Virus record (IMG/VR): IMGVR_UViG_3300028048_000060 | Coordinates: 64,001 to 128,000 of that record | DNA: 64,000 nucleotides | Source of the DNA: a virus | Taxonomy: Duplodnaviria; Caudoviricetes | Reading direction: 5' to 3' (one strand) | Shown: piece by piece, positions 62,025-64,000 of the stretch | How positions within the stretch are numbered: the first letter of the stretch is position 1 | How the letters are laid out: every line of letters starts with the position of its first letter | The notes under the pieces: model-generated | What the model was told of the DNA's origin: nothing | The model's input: only the letters and a program-made list of their open reading frames with translations | Databases searched by the model: none | Translations under genes and position numbers: made by a program

Positions 62025-63218
62025 TTAGAAATCCTCCTGGATATAATTCTTCTTTGCTATATAGACTCTAAATGAATTTAATGACTCAGACAGGTTACAC
62101 TTTCCATTAAGACCAAATGTTCCATAGTAATCAGATAGCATTGGTTCGTGAAGGTCTTCTAAGCCAAAGAAATTGATAAAGTACTCATATCCTTTGAGTT
62201 TAACATCAAAATCCAATTCAGGATTGTTTCTTTCTAATTCCTGTGTTCTTTCAGGATAAGACTCCCAAAGTAAGTCTAAGTATCTTCTGTGAACTCTGTC
62301 TATAAGTTCTTTAGGAGTATACTTTTGAATTAACTCACAAAGACCAACAAATGACCAAAGTTTCTCTAACTCATCGTTTTCAGGGAGTCGGTCAAAGCAC
62401 TCAACAAACACCTTAGTTAAGTCTTTTTCACCATTAAACTGGAATCTCTGTAACTGTTTGTATGTATTTTGCTCCTTTGACTGTGTTAAGACTTCTAACT
62501 GAGTACAGATTCCTAAGTTAACATCAAATATCTTTAAACGAGCAACCTTAGGTAACTGAGTATCACCTAACATAACAATTCCTAGAGGGTCTTCGTTCTT
62601 AGTTCCTACTAGTGCTCTTAGAAGATACTTGTGATGGACTGCTTTAATTCCTACCTTAGCATCTTTAAGATTACTTGAGTGTCCAAATCTTGCCCATTGA
62701 GATGGCTTTCCATCTATAAAATCTGTAAATTCAAAGTCTACTTGAGTATAGATTCTGAGTTCACCAATGCCATTTATTTTAAACAAGATATCAAACACAC
62801 AGTTTATCTGAGACATAGTTGGCTTAAACTCAGGTTTATTACACCCTAAGTATTTTACATCAGGACTCAGTTCTTTTCCTTCTAAGTCTCTTAGAAAGTT
62901 ATATAGTTCTAACTTCAGTTCTTTAGGAACAACAATGTCTATATCACCAACAAATGGCTTAACCTCCTCAATTTCCTTTGAGTCATAGTTAGGACACATT
63001 ATGTAAGATGTACTTCCATTAAAGAGATTTCCTGAGGTTATCTGTTCAGGTTCCCAAAGACGTTTCTTTGTTACTTTTTCAAATAACTGATTGAAATCAG
63101 TTACGAACTTGTTGACTTCCTGGACGAAATATGTTCGTCCAATTGTTTGTAGTGGGACCTTTTCAGCAAAGAACTGTTCCTTTGTGTTGTGGTCCATAAC
63201 AATAGCATTTCCACCCAT
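62025..63218 (-). CDS. Pol-beta-fold nucleotidyltransferase-like protein, paralogue B
   Basis: FNGST, GDIDIV, QVDFEF, GIKAVHHKYL. Confidence 0.6.
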   Translation of the reverse strand: MGGNAIVMDHNTKEQFFAEKVPLQTIGRTYFVQEVNKFVTDFNQLFEKVTKKRLWEPEQITSGNLFNGSTSYIMCPNYDSKEIEEVKPFVGDIDIVVPKELKLELYNFLRDLEGKELSPDVKYLGCNKPEFKPTMSQINCVFDILFKINGIGELRIYTQVDFEFTDFIDGKPSQWARFGHSSNLKDAKVGIKAVHHKYLLRALVGTKNEDPLGIVMLGDTQLPKVARLKIFDVNLGICTQLEVLTQSKEQNTYKQLQRFQFNGEKDLTKVFVECFDRLPENDELEKLWSFVGLCELIQKYTPKELIDRVHRRYLDLLWESYPERTQELERNNPELDFDVKLKGYEYFINFFGLEDLHEPMLSDYYGTFGLNGKCNLSESLNSFRVYIAKKNYIQEDF

Positions 63219-63220
63219 AA

Positions 63221-64000
63221 TTATTCCTTATAGAAAAACTTAAAATAATCTTCAAATCCTAAAATGTCTATAAACACTTTATAAGCATTGTATTTTAATT
63301 CTTTGTCTTCTTCTGGATTCTTAGATACTTTGTGACTCACAAGCATCTCACAGAACTTAGAATGAATCTCATTAACTTTGTCCCTTGTAAAAGACTCTTT
63401 TATCAGTTCACAGACCCCAATAAAAGACCAAAACTTATCATAATTATTTAAGTCTTTTTTATTAAACAAATACTTATAAAATCTTCTTACATTTGTGCTT
63501 GATGGATTTTTGTTCTTAATAAAAACTTGGAGACCACAGACCTTTACAAATTCTTTCTTTGTCTTATTATATAAAGGCTTATATTTTATCTTAAAACCAT
63601 CTACTACACTGAACACTGCAAACTTAGGAATTTTGTCATCTTTAACTAAATTTCCATTATAGTCAGCAATTAAGATATTCTGAGATGTAGTATATGTAGT
63701 AGCACCTATTAAGAATTTGTGAAAGACTGCTTTGATTCCATACTGAGCATCTAAGAAACTAGAACTATGACTGAATCTAGCAAACTCAGTTGGTTCTAAG
63801 TCTTTAAATTCAACAAACTCAAAGTCTATCTGACAGTTTACTCCAACATTAAACACTGAATGAATTTGGTCTATCTTTTCATTATAGACAAAACCTTTAA
63901 ACAATTTTGAGTCTAAGTTAGAAAGATACTTTATTAGTGGTTCTTTATAGACTTTGTCTATCATTACGTCTACGTCACCAATAGACTTTTTAACGCCCAA
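63221..64000 (-). CDS. Nucleotidyltransferase-like paralogue C (5' end outside the window)
   Basis: GDVDV, QIDFEF, FSHSSSF.D...GIKAVFHK, KFWSF. Confidence 0.6.
   Translation of the reverse strand: MGVKKSIGDVDVMIDKVYKEPLIKYLSNLDSKLFKGFVYNEKIDQIHSVFNVGVNCQIDFEFVEFKDLEPTEFARFSHSSSFLDAQYGIKAVFHKFLIGATTYTTSQNILIADYNGNLVKDDKIPKFAVFSVVDGFKIKYKPLYNKTKKEFVKVCGLQVFIKNKNPSSTNVRRFYKYLFNKKDLNNYDKFWSFIGVCELIKESFTRDKVNEIHSKFCEMLVSHKVSKNPEEDKELKYNAYKVFIDILGFEDYFKFFYKE

Noticed and set aside
1-64000. tRNA/rRNA genes and tnpA transposase
   Set aside because: No cloverleaf or rRNA-like segment and no HUH or serine transposase ORF recognised by eye; a tRNA scan would be needed to exclude tRNAs formally.

Overview
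AT-rich 64-kb segment of a large T4-like (Tevenvirinae/Eucampyvirinae-like) myophage. The host is probably an anaerobic or microaerophilic Gram-negative bacterium, since the phage carries lpxC, nrdG and an NrdD glycyl-radical peptide. Positions 1-16.5 kb hold densely packed small early ORFs behind repeated sigma70-type promoters, including a 7-member 'LDKRI' paralogue family and an RNA ligase. Positions 16.5-27 kb hold dCMP deaminase, LpxC, a clamp-loader subunit, a DHH phosphoesterase and a type II topoisomerase. Positions 27-46 kb hold fibre genes, GroES, neck gp14, portal gp20 and tail sheath gp18. Positions 46-64 kb hold three solo TnpB elements, nrdG, Hsp20, a phosphoesterase and a nucleotidyltransferase/ligase operon. 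The main result is that the topoisomerase large subunit is broken into four coding pieces, apparently rejoined by three mechanisms: (1) a split intein around a free-standing endonuclease, (2) a T4 gene 39/60-type split around a GIY-YIG endonuclease, and (3) a T4 gene 60-like translational bypass with a 41-nt gap and matched GAC take-off and landing codons. The tail sheath gene also contains a group I intron whose guide sequence lies about 1.5 kb from the 5' splice site, just behind its own late-promoter motif. All family assignments come from motif recognition by eye; no searches were run.
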